The translations under genes and the position numbers were made by a program. From an uncultured virus (IMG/VR IMGVR_UViG_3300029913_001576) (lineage: Duplodnaviria; Heunggongvirae; Uroviricota; Caudoviricetes): a DNA stretch of 34,410 nucleotides. Where the stretch lies: the IMG/VR virus record IMGVR_UViG_3300029913_001576, one strand, 5' to 3'. Each line of letters opens with the position of its first letter. Within the stretch, counting starts at the first letter, position 1. The notes under the pieces are model-generated. The model saw nothing but the letters and a program-made list of their open reading frames with translations, was not told the DNA's origin and did no database searches. Positions 1 through 9,277 of the stretch are shown here, piece by piece.

Positions 1-165
1 GTGGTCGATAAGCAGAGGCGTTTTGTGTTTCGCATTCGTCTGCACGAGCCCGGACCGCGTGAGCGGTACCTCAGGGTCGCAGGCGGCAAGCCCGAGGCAT
101 GCCGCTGCAACGGCGACGACAAATAAGAGTCGGCGTAGGCAGAGGGGTGCGGAGATAGTCTTCAT
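1..165 (-). CDS. putative lipoprotein, runs off the window edge
   Basis: Own translation from ATG at 165: MKTISAPLCLRRLLFVVAVAAACLGLAACDPEV..., a signal peptide with lipobox LAAC; frame open to position 1. Confidence 0.65.
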   Translation of the reverse strand, partial: MKTISAPLCLRRLLFVVAVAAACLGLAACDPEVPLTRSGLVQTNAKHKTPLLIDH

Positions 166-176
166 CGAGCGGCGCG

Positions 177-698
177 TTAAGGGTGCCCCTGGGTGGCGAT
201 GGCTTCGAGGACTTGAAGCGGCGGGTCACAACCGACATAGGACGAACCGTCGTACGAGGACGACAGGACCTTGCCCGTGGCGGTGTCGATGATGATGAGG
301 TTCGGGATGCCGCGGCCTGTGGACGCACCCCATCCGCCTGCGTCCCCGCGCATAACCGCCGGAAATTCCATTCGGTGCTGGCGCATGTAGGCCAGCATGT
401 CGGCCTCGGAACGGTCGTAATTCACCATGAAGAGCTGGAACCACCCCTTCGTCTTGTCCGCATTGCGGTAGAAGTCGGCCAGGTGGGGAGAGAATTGCTG
501 ACAGGGCGGGCACCACCCGGCACCATGGTAAACGGCAAGGTATCGGCTTGAGCGAGGGACGACGGTCCCGGAAGAACCGTCGGCATGTTCCACTCTGACG
601 ACCGGGGGGGCCGAGCCGAAGCTCACCGTGGACCCGATGTGGTTGATGACGTAGAACACGCCGATTACCGCGCAGATTCCGAGGATAACCTTTCTCAT
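177..698 (-). CDS. membrane-anchored thioredoxin-fold (nucleoredoxin/tryparedoxin-like) protein
   Basis: N-terminal TM helix, GAGWCPPCQQFSP active site, cis-Pro motif GIPNLIIID. Confidence 0.85.
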   Translation of the reverse strand: MRKVILGICAVIGVFYVINHIGSTVSFGSAPPVVRVEHADGSSGTVVPRSSRYLAVYHGAGWCPPCQQFSPHLADFYRNADKTKGWFQLFMVNYDRSEADMLAYMRQHRMEFPAVMRGDAGGWGASTGRGIPNLIIIDTATGKVLSSSYDGSSYVGCDPPLQVLEAIATQGHP

Positions 699-762
699 GG
701 GAAAAGGGCGGTTGAAGTTGGGCCTGTGCAGCCTTTTACCTTAAAAGTATGGGGGGCGCCCC

Positions 763-1674
763 CTAAACCGCAATTGGGAGGGATGCAGGGGCCTCCGGAA
801 TCGGAAGCTTGCGGCGGAATGCGTAGCGGATGAGGAAGCCTGGGGCCTCCCCGAGCGCGCCACGCCAGCAGGTGTGTTCGCCTTCAGCCTCCTCGATTCC
901 ACAGATTACGGCCCCGGAATTCCAGAGGCGGATGACAGCCGAACGCATCATGTGGGTTGGCGCAAACATGGAAGCGTTGTTCTTGTAGAGCGCAGGCTCC
1001 CACCTGTCGGACATAGGGTCGAGGTCGAGTTCCTTGACCAGGTCCCTGACCTCAGGACGGCCCGACCAAAACGAGGCAGCGCCCGTAGCTTCCAAGGCTT
1101 GAGACCAGCGCACCCGCTCGTCAAGGGTACACGCATCGGGGCCTTTAGCGGCGTAGGAAGTGAGTTCGGTCCACATGGCCTGCACCGCAGGGTCGCGGTA
1201 AGCGGGGAAGAGGGACTTATCCCCTCGTGCGATGCGCCCCGGGAGATTGAACACCTGTCCCATCTCGCCTGCCTTCGCAGCGAAAGCCGCCTCATCCGCT
1301 GCCCTGCGTTGGGTCCCTTCTGGGCTGAGAACCTCCTTCATGAACGCCTCGAACTTAGGGTCGGCTGGCTTCTTCGCCTCGGCCTCGTGCTGTGCCTTGA
1401 GTCCGGCCACGCGCACAAGCTTCTTGGGGTCGGTCAGAGCCACAAAATCACCCGGAGTGCCAACCTCGAAGGTGCTGGAATACTCACCGCGAGCCTCCTT
1501 GCGCCGCTCGTCTCGGTTGTCGAGTGCGGGGTGGGTCAGCAGTTCAACACCAAGCTTGCCCTCGTCAGGCCACGCCGTGGACACGAAACCGAAAAGTCCT
1601 AGGCAGGTCCGGGCTGTCTGAAGCCGGCCGACAACAAGGACAGCGTCTCCAATGGCGAAGGCAGGAGCGATCAT
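763..1674 (-). CDS. hypothetical protein with C-terminal RRKLPIP tail
   Basis: Long ORF; start placed at ATG 1674 (alternative GTG at 1707). Confidence 0.7.
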   Translation of the reverse strand: MIAPAFAIGDAVLVVGRLQTARTCLGLFGFVSTAWPDEGKLGVELLTHPALDNRDERRKEARGEYSSTFEVGTPGDFVALTDPKKLVRVAGLKAQHEAEAKKPADPKFEAFMKEVLSPEGTQRRAADEAAFAAKAGEMGQVFNLPGRIARGDKSLFPAYRDPAVQAMWTELTSYAAKGPDACTLDERVRWSQALEATGAASFWSGRPEVRDLVKELDLDPMSDRWEPALYKNNASMFAPTHMMRSAVIRLWNSGAVICGIEEAEGEHTCWRGALGEAPGFLIRYAFRRKLPIPEAPASLPIAV

Positions 1675-1694
1675 GTGAAGCAAGCTGGCGGACC

Positions 1695-2144
1695 CTACAA
1701 GGCCCACGTCTCGCGGGCCGGGTCAAAGCTGAGAGCCGGAGAGACCGTTTCACCGGTCTTCATCTTGTGGATAAGGCGGCGGGCGCGGTTCCAGAGCGAC
1801 ATCTGGTGCGTCTTCCACGAAGGCTCGCAGTAGGCGAGGATGTCGGAAAGAAGGGTCGTGGTCTCTCCGTCCCTCGGGTCAGGGACAAAAGGCTGCTCGC
1901 CGGCGGGTTTGGCACTGAAGGCCGCATCAGCGACCTCAACGTCGATCCGGCCGGCCTCAAGCTTCATGCCGAAGGACTCAGCCCACCCATGGGCGTGATA
2001 AAGCTCCCCGCGCTCCCACTGATGGTATTCGCCATCATCGCCGACCCCGCCAATCAACCCTTCGTCGCCCGGATCGTTGACGACAGTGATGTGCTGGTCG
2101 CCCTTGGCGTCTGTAAGCCGGTAGAGGTGAATCGTCTTCGTCAT
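1695..2144 (-). CDS. hypothetical protein
   Basis: 149 aa ORF; CCATCTTG 4 nt before ATG. Confidence 0.75.
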   Translation of the reverse strand: MTKTIHLYRLTDAKGDQHITVVNDPGDEGLIGGVGDDGEYHQWERGELYHAHGWAESFGMKLEAGRIDVEVADAAFSAKPAGEQPFVPDPRDGETTTLLSDILAYCEPSWKTHQMSLWNRARRLIHKMKTGETVSPALSFDPARETWAL

Positions 2145-2163
2145 GGACCAAGATGGGCAGGGG

Positions 2164-2406
2164 CTACCAATCGCCGCCCTCGTTCTCTACCTTGATCGTG
2201 TCCACCTGGGCGTCAGGGTCGAAGCCCCCGGCACGGCCGGTTCCCGGGAGCATGATTTTGTGGCCATCCGCATCTTTCTTCATGACGCAAAGGGTCCCGG
2301 CCGCGGAATAGAGCCAGAGCGACCGCGGCCACCTGCGGACAGCGCGCTTAAGGGAGGCTATGGCCCGTTTCTCGGTGGGCGTGAGTTCCGGAAGTTCTTC
2401 GTCCAT
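2164..2406 (-). CDS. hypothetical protein
   Basis: 80 aa ORF tightly packed between neighbours. Confidence 0.7.
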   Translation of the reverse strand: MDEELPELTPTEKRAIASLKRAVRRWPRSLWLYSAAGTLCVMKKDADGHKIMLPGTGRAGGFDPDAQVDTIKVENEGGDW

Positions 2407-2409
2407 GGG

Positions 2410-2841
2410 TCAGGAGCGGGCGTTCGGTTGGGTCGAGCAAGCGCGGGCATCCTTGAAGAGCTTTCGCGCGAGTTTGGTCGCCTTCTCTCTGTCGATAGTC
2501 ACCAGCACGATGTTCGACCAATCCGCCCCGCCCCTGGCCGCCTGCATCAGGAAGGTGATGCCGGGCGTCGAGATCGAGTACGTGCTTAGCACGTCTTCCA
2601 TCTCGGAGTCGGCCTCAGGGGTGCGGACGATGTAGAGCGCAGGCGCCTTGGTGAAACGAAACGTCCTGACAACACCCCCGGACGCACGCTCCAAAGTATC
2701 ACGGATGATCTGGGTGCGGGTCATCTTGAGGCCAACGTACTCGTCGAAATCGACCACGATCTGCCAGCCCTCGGCGTTGTTCACGGGAAAGGTAGGTGCC
2801 GTCTTCCACTGGACACGAGAAATCAGGAATGCGGTTTCCAT
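2410..2841 (-). CDS. hypothetical protein
   Basis: 143 aa ORF; motif 19 nt upstream, CCCCT-ATG start context. Confidence 0.7.
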   Translation of the reverse strand: METAFLISRVQWKTAPTFPVNNAEGWQIVVDFDEYVGLKMTRTQIIRDTLERASGGVVRTFRFTKAPALYIVRTPEADSEMEDVLSTYSISTPGITFLMQAARGGADWSNIVLVTIDREKATKLARKLFKDARACSTQPNARS

Positions 2842-2859
2842 AGGGGTGATCGAGTGCCC

Positions 2860-3642
2860 TCAAGATGGGGGCAATGCACGCTCAACGCGCGCATCCTTCT
2901 GCGGGTACGGCGCATCGAGAACGTACTTCCCGTTCCGGGCGATGCCGAGCGCTGCCATGATCCGGTCGCCCGCATGACGCGGCTTCAGGGTCATGGTGAA
3001 AATCTCGCAGTTGTGTGGGTTGCGCATCGTCTCGAACTCCTCGGGTGAGAAGTGGAAGAAACGAACGAGAACCATCCGCAGGGTCATCCCATGAATGACG
3101 AACCCGGCTGCCTTCGGGAAGGACATCTTCCGCCAGTCGCGATAGACGGTATCGAGGACGCCTGACGCACGGTCAAAGGTGTCACAACCGGACTCGCCGT
3201 GCGGCACTCGGTAGTACAGCGCTCCGTAGGCATCCCGCTCTGCATCAATCCGGAGAGCCTCCTCATAGGGGCGAAGGTGCCCCCACTCTTGTTCCCGGAG
3301 GCGAAGGTCCTCCTTCACAAAGGCGACCTGCGACGCTGGGATCACCCCCAAGATACCCTGGGCCGTCTGACGCGTGCGCATGAAGGGAGAGCAGTAGAGT
3401 CCGATCTTGCGCCCACGGAGAATCGAGAGGAACTGGACCCCAGCGGCCGCGGCCTGCGCCCTACCCTTCGCGGTTAGCGCGATCTTGTGGTCTGGGATCG
3501 TTTCGTGAGCGTGCCAATCGACGTTCCCTTGCGACTCGCCGTGGCGGACCAGGATGATCGTCTCCGGCTTCCAAACCCGGTATTGCCATAGGATGGAGAA
3601 CAACCCAATTGCGATGGCCAATAGATCGAGGAAGAGGTGCAT
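2860..3642 (-). CDS. histidine phosphatase (phosphoglycerate mutase-like) family protein
   Basis: LVRHGES catalytic motif, SPFMRTRQT, LREQEWG, GES, IHG; N-terminal hydrophobic segment. Confidence 0.9.
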   Translation of the reverse strand: MHLFLDLLAIAIGLFSILWQYRVWKPETIILVRHGESQGNVDWHAHETIPDHKIALTAKGRAQAAAAGVQFLSILRGRKIGLYCSPFMRTRQTAQGILGVIPASQVAFVKEDLRLREQEWGHLRPYEEALRIDAERDAYGALYYRVPHGESGCDTFDRASGVLDTVYRDWRKMSFPKAAGFVIHGMTLRMVLVRFFHFSPEEFETMRNPHNCEIFTMTLKPRHAGDRIMAALGIARNGKYVLDAPYPQKDARVERALPPS

Positions 3643-3650
3643 TTATCGGG

Positions 3651-3836
3651 TTAAGATGGCGCCTTGGGCGTCTTCGCTTTCCGGACGACCCACCGCCGGC
3701 CGTTCCACGACCGGGTCGCGCCACAGAGGCAATTCTTCACTGTGCGCACATCGTTGTCCAAAGGAAGCCAGCGATGGTACTTATGGCACTCAGGGGTCCA
3801 CGGGGTTGTTCGATAGGCTGGAATTCCAAAGTGCAT
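3651..3836 (-). CDS. small Cys/His-containing hypothetical protein
   Basis: 61 aa ORF fills the gap; its stop lies inside a motif variant. Confidence 0.5.
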   Translation of the reverse strand: MHFGIPAYRTTPWTPECHKYHRWLPLDNDVRTVKNCLCGATRSWNGRRWVVRKAKTPKAPS

Positions 3837-3876
3837 GGGTTGGGTCTCAATTTAAGATTTCAGGGCGCCCTGGACC

Positions 3877-4170
3877 TTACTTGTCGAGGAGATCTGTTTC
3901 GCTTGGCGAAGCCAGCCCCTCGGTTGAATCCACCGTCCCGCCGTAGCCGTAGATGCGCCCATCGCAGGGGAAAGCCTGTGGCCGGGTGCCGGACTCTCGG
4001 ATGGCTGTCCTGGGCACGAGGACGACCTTGCCCGCCTCACGGAGTCTGCCGCCGGGTAGCTTGACTGCCTGCTTTAGCTCAACGCGGAGGCGCGCAGGTG
4101 TTTCCCCGACAACCCGAATGGCGTAATAGCGGGTTCCGCTCCACGTGCTCAGGGCGAGGCGCAGTGGCAT
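3877..4170 (-). CDS. hypothetical protein
   Basis: 97 aa ORF starting 4 nt after the upstream stop. Confidence 0.6.
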   Translation of the reverse strand: MPLRLALSTWSGTRYYAIRVVGETPARLRVELKQAVKLPGGRLREAGKVVLVPRTAIRESGTRPQAFPCDGRIYGYGGTVDSTEGLASPSETDLLDK

Positions 4171-4174
4171 GACT

Positions 4175-4564
4175 TTAAGCGACCAGCGCGAATTCGGCGG
4201 CCGCAGCGGGCTGCTTGCGGTAGACCGAAAGAAACTCGGGGTTGGGGAAGCCCTTCTCGGCCGTTGCCAACTCCGCGATGTAATCGCGCAGCGCCTTGAG
4301 GCCGCGCTTGTCGGGGAATGCGAGGCTCCCTTGCGGAGAGCAGTATTCCCCCCACTTGTTCGTGGCCTTGTCGTAGCCGTTCAGGGTTCGAACGTCCGCG
4401 GTCAAGCGGTCCAGGCGCATCTCGATGCACGAACGCCGGTCACCGGGGATGTCGTCGAGCATCAGGCTCAGGGTTTGCGAACCGCGAAAGAAGCTCAGGC
4501 AGTCGGCCTTCCGAGCGAGCACGAGCAGGTCGGCGAAGTTCTCAGGGACATAGCCTGTTTTCAT
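4175..4564 (-). CDS. hypothetical protein
   Basis: 129 aa; motif 4 nt before ATG. Confidence 0.75.
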   Translation of the reverse strand: MKTGYVPENFADLLVLARKADCLSFFRGSQTLSLMLDDIPGDRRSCIEMRLDRLTADVRTLNGYDKATNKWGEYCSPQGSLAFPDKRGLKALRDYIAELATAEKGFPNPEFLSVYRKQPAAAAEFALVA

Positions 4565-4593
4565 AGGGCAAGATGGGCAACGGCGGCCGCCGG

Positions 4594-5634
4594 TCAGGCA
4601 TCACGGCCCGTGCCGGCGTCTTTGTCCCCGTAGCCATAGAAGTAAGGCTCGATCCACTGCTCTCTTCGAAGCGAGTGACCTGGGCCATACGGCTGGTCTT
4701 TCCAATGGCCGCAACGCCAGCCCGGAAGCAGTTTCCGGCCAGATGCCTCCCCGGGTGCGAGATTCGCCGTCGCAGCGAGCTTGAACTTGAACCCGACCTT
4801 CCGCGGCGAATACAGGCCGTCAACGATCTTGTTCCTCTTAATCCGGCGTTCGCGAATAACGGTCTCGTCCTCGATCATTTCCGGCTTCGCCGTCATAAAC
4901 AGAAGCAGGTTCAATAACAAGGGAAGGGTCTCGGGGATGCTATTTGAGTGGGGAGCAAGATAACTGGCCTGATGCCCCATCTCCACCTCGTCTTCCGGCA
5001 CCTTGGCTGCATCCGTGAACTCCCCAAGGGTTCGCACGCCTTCAAGGGAATGGTGAGAACAGACATCTCGGCCGTCCCACGACTGTAGGCTCCCGTTCAT
5101 CCTAAAGGTGGCAATTTGGAACAACTCGCTTACTGGAGCGTTCAGTTCCTTGCGCATCATGTGCGGTTCGAACGGCCCCAGGACATCGTCAGGAACCTCA
5201 GCGTCATGCCCCTTAGGTACAAAGGCGAATTGTAGGAAACGCAGGCTACCCCCGTTGAAGGCAAGCGAGCCATCCTCAAAAAGGAAGCGCATAGCAGGGA
5301 AGGGAACCTTCAACCGGTCGAGCGGGAAATCTCGCGGAAGGCGGGTGCGCTGAAGAGCGTCACACAACTCCTTTGGTACAAGGCAGGTCGGGACATCATG
5401 CTTGCCGAGGAGGCTTTGGACAACGAAGAAAAACGGGTACGGCGTGTGGAGATCAGCCTCGGGATCGTCCGGCACCATGCACGACGCAAAGGCATTCCCG
5501 CTCAAGGGAGACGGAGAATGATAGCCGGCGGGCAGTCGGTACTCCCGAGGCTCAACCCAATTCCAAAGTGGGCGTGCCACCCTGCTCCAAAGAGCCTTGA
5601 ACTCGGGGGCTGGTGGGACGTTTCGCAGATCCAT
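4594..5634 (-). CDS. phage-type hypothetical protein with C-terminal RxGHWxxQxYG...WIxP motif
   Basis: Start reassigned to ATG 5634 (motif 4 nt upstream); C-terminus GWRCGHWKDQPYGPGHSLRREQWIEP resembles a motif I recall from uncharacterised phage proteins. Confidence 0.75.
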   Translation of the reverse strand: MDLRNVPPAPEFKALWSRVARPLWNWVEPREYRLPAGYHSPSPLSGNAFASCMVPDDPEADLHTPYPFFFVVQSLLGKHDVPTCLVPKELCDALQRTRLPRDFPLDRLKVPFPAMRFLFEDGSLAFNGGSLRFLQFAFVPKGHDAEVPDDVLGPFEPHMMRKELNAPVSELFQIATFRMNGSLQSWDGRDVCSHHSLEGVRTLGEFTDAAKVPEDEVEMGHQASYLAPHSNSIPETLPLLLNLLLFMTAKPEMIEDETVIRERRIKRNKIVDGLYSPRKVGFKFKLAATANLAPGEASGRKLLPGWRCGHWKDQPYGPGHSLRREQWIEPYFYGYGDKDAGTGRDA

Positions 5635-5660
5635 GCAACAAGATGGGCAACGGACCTCTG

Positions 5661-5894
5661 CTACCGCCCCCGCTTCTTTGATCGAGAGGCGATATAATCC
5701 AGCGACGCAAGCTCCTGGATCTTCACGCACGCAATTGCGCGCCCCTTGAGTCCGTCGGCGCAGAGAGAACGCACCATGTTAACGCCCTCCTCAGCCTTGC
5801 CCCTCCCAAGCTCGACCAAGCGAATTCCGGTATTCGACTCCACGATGACGATGGTTTCCAGATCCTTGAATTTATCGTACTTTGGGTCAGGCAT
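5661..5894 (-). CDS. hypothetical protein
   Basis: ACCACC-ATG start MPDPKYDK..., 77 aa. Confidence 0.6.
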   Translation of the reverse strand: MPDPKYDKFKDLETIVIVESNTGIRLVELGRGKAEEGVNMVRSLCADGLKGRAIACVKIQELASLDYIASRSKKRGR

Positions 5895-5945
5895 GGTGGT
5901 GACAGTTATCGCGTCGGGCAAGAAGGGTCAACAGAGGTGAGGTCG

Positions 5946-6332
5946 TTAGAGCACGGCGACGATCTTCCCGTAAACGGCGCTGCCGCCGGGACCATTGTCC
6001 CCATCCACCATGAAGTGCGGGACCTGGCGCGTAGCCCAGTGATAGACTGTCAGGCCAACGGCTAGCCGGTAGCGCTTCGAGGCGGGCAACTCGTGGAGGT
6101 TGTCGTCGAGGTGCTCGGTTTCGGCCGCAAATGACGGGCGACTGTCGCCCCAGATATTCTTGATCCTGACGATGGCCCCTGGGAGCCACTTGGGGTCGCC
6201 TCGCGAGAACGAAGGTTTGAACGCAAAGCTGAACGAAGCCACGCGGATCGTCTCAACGCTCTTGTCGGGACGCTCCACCTTGACTTCACGAGCGAGCTTC
6301 GGTGACCGGAGGAAATATGCGTATTGGCCCAT
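5946..6332 (-). CDS. hypothetical protein
   Basis: Start MGQYAYF at 6332, motif 4 nt upstream. Confidence 0.7.
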   Translation of the reverse strand: MGQYAYFLRSPKLAREVKVERPDKSVETIRVASFSFAFKPSFSRGDPKWLPGAIVRIKNIWGDSRPSFAAETEHLDDNLHELPASKRYRLAVGLTVYHWATRQVPHFMVDGDNGPGGSAVYGKIVAVL

Positions 6333-6348
6333 GGAGCAAGATGGGTGG

Positions 6349-6570
6349 CTAGCTCCAACAATCGCCCAAATCGACACGGTGGTTCTTCGTGGGCGCGTGG
6401 CCGCCTTCGGCAACGTCCACAATCACTTGGACCGTTTGCCCATCCCATCCTCCGTAAACGATCTCTTTCACAATGCCCTGCTGCTCCACGTCGAGCTTGA
6501 AGCTTATGGCGGACCCGACGGTCGCCGTAACGGGCTTCCCAAAACGATTCGTCAGGGTGGATGTTTTCAC
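6349..6570 (-). CDS. small hypothetical protein (beta-rich, possibly SH3-like)
   Basis: 73 aa, GTG start, fits gene packing. Confidence 0.6.
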   Translation of the reverse strand: MKTSTLTNRFGKPVTATVGSAISFKLDVEQQGIVKEIVYGGWDGQTVQVIVDVAEGGHAPTKNHRVDLGDCWS

Positions 6571-6598
6571 CGTCTACCTTGCCTGCGAACCGGGTGGC

Positions 6599-6820
6599 TC
6601 ATGTGTTCGTGGGTTTCTGACCGTGTTTCACCACGGCGACAATCGGAAATCCGGCATCAGCCATCCGTTTTGCGAAGTCGATAGCCGCAGGGTCCCCGCT
6701 CTTAACGTCGCCCATGAGCCGACAGAGTTTGTCGGCTGCGGCTACTGGCATTTGCAGCGTGACGGTGGCCAGCGGAACCGGCGAGCCGGCACCCTGCGAC
6801 TGATGGCCTCCCTCGATCAT
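6599..6820 (-). CDS. hypothetical protein
   Basis: 73 aa, ATGA overlap with the upstream gene. Confidence 0.6.
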   Translation of the reverse strand: MIEGGHQSQGAGSPVPLATVTLQMPVAAADKLCRLMGDVKSGDPAAIDFAKRMADAGFPIVAVVKHGQKPTNT

Positions 6821-7095
6821 GCCGGCAGCACGCCATCCACGGAAATGGGAGCGAACCCGCAGGCAGCTCGCACCTTGTTGATCCGGGCGTAGTACGCCCT
6901 GGCGCCGAACTTCAGGAAAAACGCATCATGGTCGCGCTCGGCCGGGCCGCCCAACTTGACCGACGCCCACTTCCAGATGCCGCAATAGCCGCGAAATAGG
7001 GCGTAATCGGCTATGCTGCGCTTGGCCTCCTCCATGGAAAGTCGCAGGAACGGATGGAGCGCTGCCTTAACAGTGGGCTTTGGCGCAGGATTCAT
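6817..7095 (-). CDS. hypothetical protein
   Basis: Start MNPAPKP at 7095, motif 4 nt upstream. Confidence 0.7.
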   Translation of the reverse strand: MNPAPKPTVKAALHPFLRLSMEEAKRSIADYALFRGYCGIWKWASVKLGGPAERDHDAFFLKFGARAYYARINKVRAACGFAPISVDGVLPA

Positions 7096-7562
7096 GAGCC
7101 AAGATGGGAGTAGGGCCTGAAAGCCTGGCTCTCGCGAAAACGTGTGCCGGCCCCAGCCCTGCTCTTGTCCATCACGGTGGCGCAACGATCCATCGCTGCG
7201 TCCCAAAGCCCGCGATCACCGAGGAAAGAGGCCATCTCAATCTGGGAGAAGGGAAGGTCATCGAAGAGTCCAATCTCCTCTCGCACCACAGAAGTGACCG
7301 TCTCGAAGTCCCCGATAACGGTCCGGCCATCCCGTCGTTCGAAGGCGTATGGGAACGGCGAGCCCACGGCAAACTCTGCCCCAGGAGCGGAAAGGCAGGA
7401 TTCCTTCGAGAGATTAGCCATCTGAAAGGACCCCACGAGCCCTGCGCTCGCAATGACGACGTGAGGCGCCTCAAGCGAACCGAATATCGGGATGAGGAAA
7501 CCGCCCTTCCATTTCGGGGTAGTGCCCATCATGCGAGGAGCTGTGAATCCAGCAAGCTTCAT
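7092..7562 (-). CDS. hypothetical protein
   Basis: Start MKLAGF at 7562, motif 4 nt upstream; 3' end reads through the next motif copy. Confidence 0.7.
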   Translation of the reverse strand: MKLAGFTAPRMMGTTPKWKGGFLIPIFGSLEAPHVVIASAGLVGSFQMANLSKESCLSAPGAEFAVGSPFPYAFERRDGRTVIGDFETVTSVVREEIGLFDDLPFSQIEMASFLGDRGLWDAAMDRCATVMDKSRAGAGTRFRESQAFRPYSHLGS

Positions 7563-7870
7563 GTGGCAAGATGGACGCCGGCGACGAAGATTGTGTTCTC
7601 CGCAGACGCGAGACCCGGGGTTCCGTGCCTTCCTCCGAGGTTCAGAATCCACCCGGCCGGCCCACGCATGACCGCCCGGCCCTCGACCTTGCTCCACGCC
7701 TGCAAGTTGAGGGGGCCGACACCGGAAGGAACGAGAATACCGACCCGCTTGCCCGGACGGATGCGGTCGAAAAGTACCTCGCGCTGGAAAGCGCTAGGCA
7801 GTCCGTCGCGTGTCCCAAATCGCTCCCGGTTGGCGGTCAGGAACGCTTCGAGGTTGGATTTCGCGGGCAT
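7559..7870 (-). CDS. hypothetical protein
   Basis: Start MPAKSNL; 3' end reads through the next motif copy. Confidence 0.65.
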   Translation of the reverse strand: MPAKSNLEAFLTANRERFGTRDGLPSAFQREVLFDRIRPGKRVGILVPSGVGPLNLQAWSKVEGRAVMRGPAGWILNLGGRHGTPGLASAENTIFVAGVHLAT

Positions 7871-7888
7871 GGTCAACCGTGGCTCCTA

Positions 7889-8377
7889 TTAGGCCGCGCT
7901 CCGGCCCATACGGCTGCTGTAGTGCCCCTGGAGACGGCTCCCGATGCCCGTGCGCCGTAGGTGCCCAAAAAGACGCTTGGTCTGCCTCGGGGACGCAGCC
8001 CCGGTCTCGTACGCGACGATTTCCCCAACAAGGTCCCTCGTCTTCACGGGAATCGGGAGGCCGGTGGCAACCGCGAGAGCCCGGTTCTCCACAATGAAGC
8101 GGTAGCCGAGCTGCTTGACCGGCGCACGGTCGTGCGTGCTCTCGATGTGGGCGAAATAGCGGGGAGTATAGGTCAGCTCGATGCCGGGCGCCTCACCCTG
8201 TTCATCCACCACGGTTACCGTCGTGTACTTGGCGTCATTCACGTGCTCAACCCTGATACGGGTGCCCGCTGGGAGAGTGAAGCGGTCGTCGCAGTTGAAA
8301 TTCCAGCACTCAACATCAGGGAGCGCCGAGGCGATGACAACTACCTGGCCATAGACGGAAGGGGCGGACGTGTTCAT
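7889..8377 (-). CDS. phage-type hypothetical protein
   Basis: Start MNTSAP at 8377 with motif; C-terminal IVAYETG...LF...TG...LQGHY resembles a small domain I recall from phage proteins. Confidence 0.7.
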   Translation of the reverse strand: MNTSAPSVYGQVVVIASALPDVECWNFNCDDRFTLPAGTRIRVEHVNDAKYTTVTVVDEQGEAPGIELTYTPRYFAHIESTHDRAPVKQLGYRFIVENRALAVATGLPIPVKTRDLVGEIVAYETGAASPRQTKRLFGHLRRTGIGSRLQGHYSSRMGRSAA

Positions 8378-8568
8378 GCTCCAAGATGGCGAAGGCGCAC
8401 GGAACCCACCTGCCGGCGGCCATCTTTGACGGTCGCCCGAGCGCGTTGCTCCAGATCCCTGCGTTCGGCCGGGGTGTAGCGGTTCATCCGTGCGTCGCTC
8501 TCGGCAACCATGCACAGCGACACGCCGACCAGGATCTTCGATTTCTCGCTCAGAGGGGAAGGCTTCAC
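8374..8568 (-). CDS. small hypothetical protein
   Basis: Possible GTG start at 8568; fills the gap after the recombinase; ATGA overlap with the next gene. Confidence 0.4.
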   Translation of the reverse strand: MKPSPLSEKSKILVGVSLCMVAESDARMNRYTPAERRDLEQRARATVKDGRRQVGSVRLRHLGA

Positions 8569-8584
8569 GGGGATTAGGTTAAAG

Positions 8585-9277
8585 CTACAGGGCGAGCGAT
8601 CCCGCCGCGTCGGACAGCTCCACCACGGCAAGGCGACGGTTCGCGGAACCAGGGACTGGCGGCGGAGCCGCTTTGGACCGGGACGCCATGTTCCGCACAA
8701 GACCGGCGAGCCGCTCCTTGTTGGGCTCGATATACTTCACAGTGGTTTCAACCTCTGTGTGCCCTAGCAACTCCTGGGTGGCCCGAAGGTCGTGCCCACT
8801 TGCCTCGTAAATGGCCGCCGCAAAGCTCTTGCGCAGGGAATGCGTTGAAATACGGTCGGCGTTCAGACCGCCCTCCATGGCGGCAACCTTCATGATGTGC
8901 CATGCGCGGTGAATGCCGATGGGGCGATTGAACCCCTTGCGCGACGGGAATAGGTAGCTGTCAGGCGCAGGCGGTCCTCCCGGGAAGTCCGCGAGATAGA
9001 TCGCGAGGGCGGAAGCCAGATCCGGGTGAACAGGAATCGTGCGCCCATGAAGCCCCTTTCGTCCGCTCTTGCCCCCCTTGAGCTTCCTGCGGGCGATAGT
9101 GATTTCGTCCTTGGGGAGCATGCCGATGGCGACAGTTCCGACCTTCAGGGAAAGCAGCTCGCTAATCCGCAGGCCAAGATGTTGTCCGGCGAGCACAAAC
9201 AGTCTGTCACGCTGACGCACGAGCGTGTTCAGTATGGAGTCAGACTCCTCAGGGGTAATGGGTCGTGCGCCAGCCAT
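8585..9277 (-). CDS. tyrosine recombinase/integrase (catalytic domain only)
   Basis: GLRISELL (R), KLKGG (K), HSLRKSF (HxxR), LGH, TTVKY (Y); start MAGARP at 9277 with motif 4 nt upstream. Confidence 0.92.
   Translation of the reverse strand: MAGARPITPEESDSILNTLVRQRDRLFVLAGQHLGLRISELLSLKVGTVAIGMLPKDEITIARRKLKGGKSGRKGLHGRTIPVHPDLASALAIYLADFPGGPPAPDSYLFPSRKGFNRPIGIHRAWHIMKVAAMEGGLNADRISTHSLRKSFAAAIYEASGHDLRATQELLGHTEVETTVKYIEPNKERLAGLVRNMASRSKAAPPPVPGSANRRLAVVELSDAAGSLAL

Noticed and set aside
71..328. Track ORF containing LRTPLPTP, similar to the shared tail
   Set aside because: It overlaps the thioredoxin and lipoprotein genes out of frame and the motif is not positioned like the others; likely spurious.
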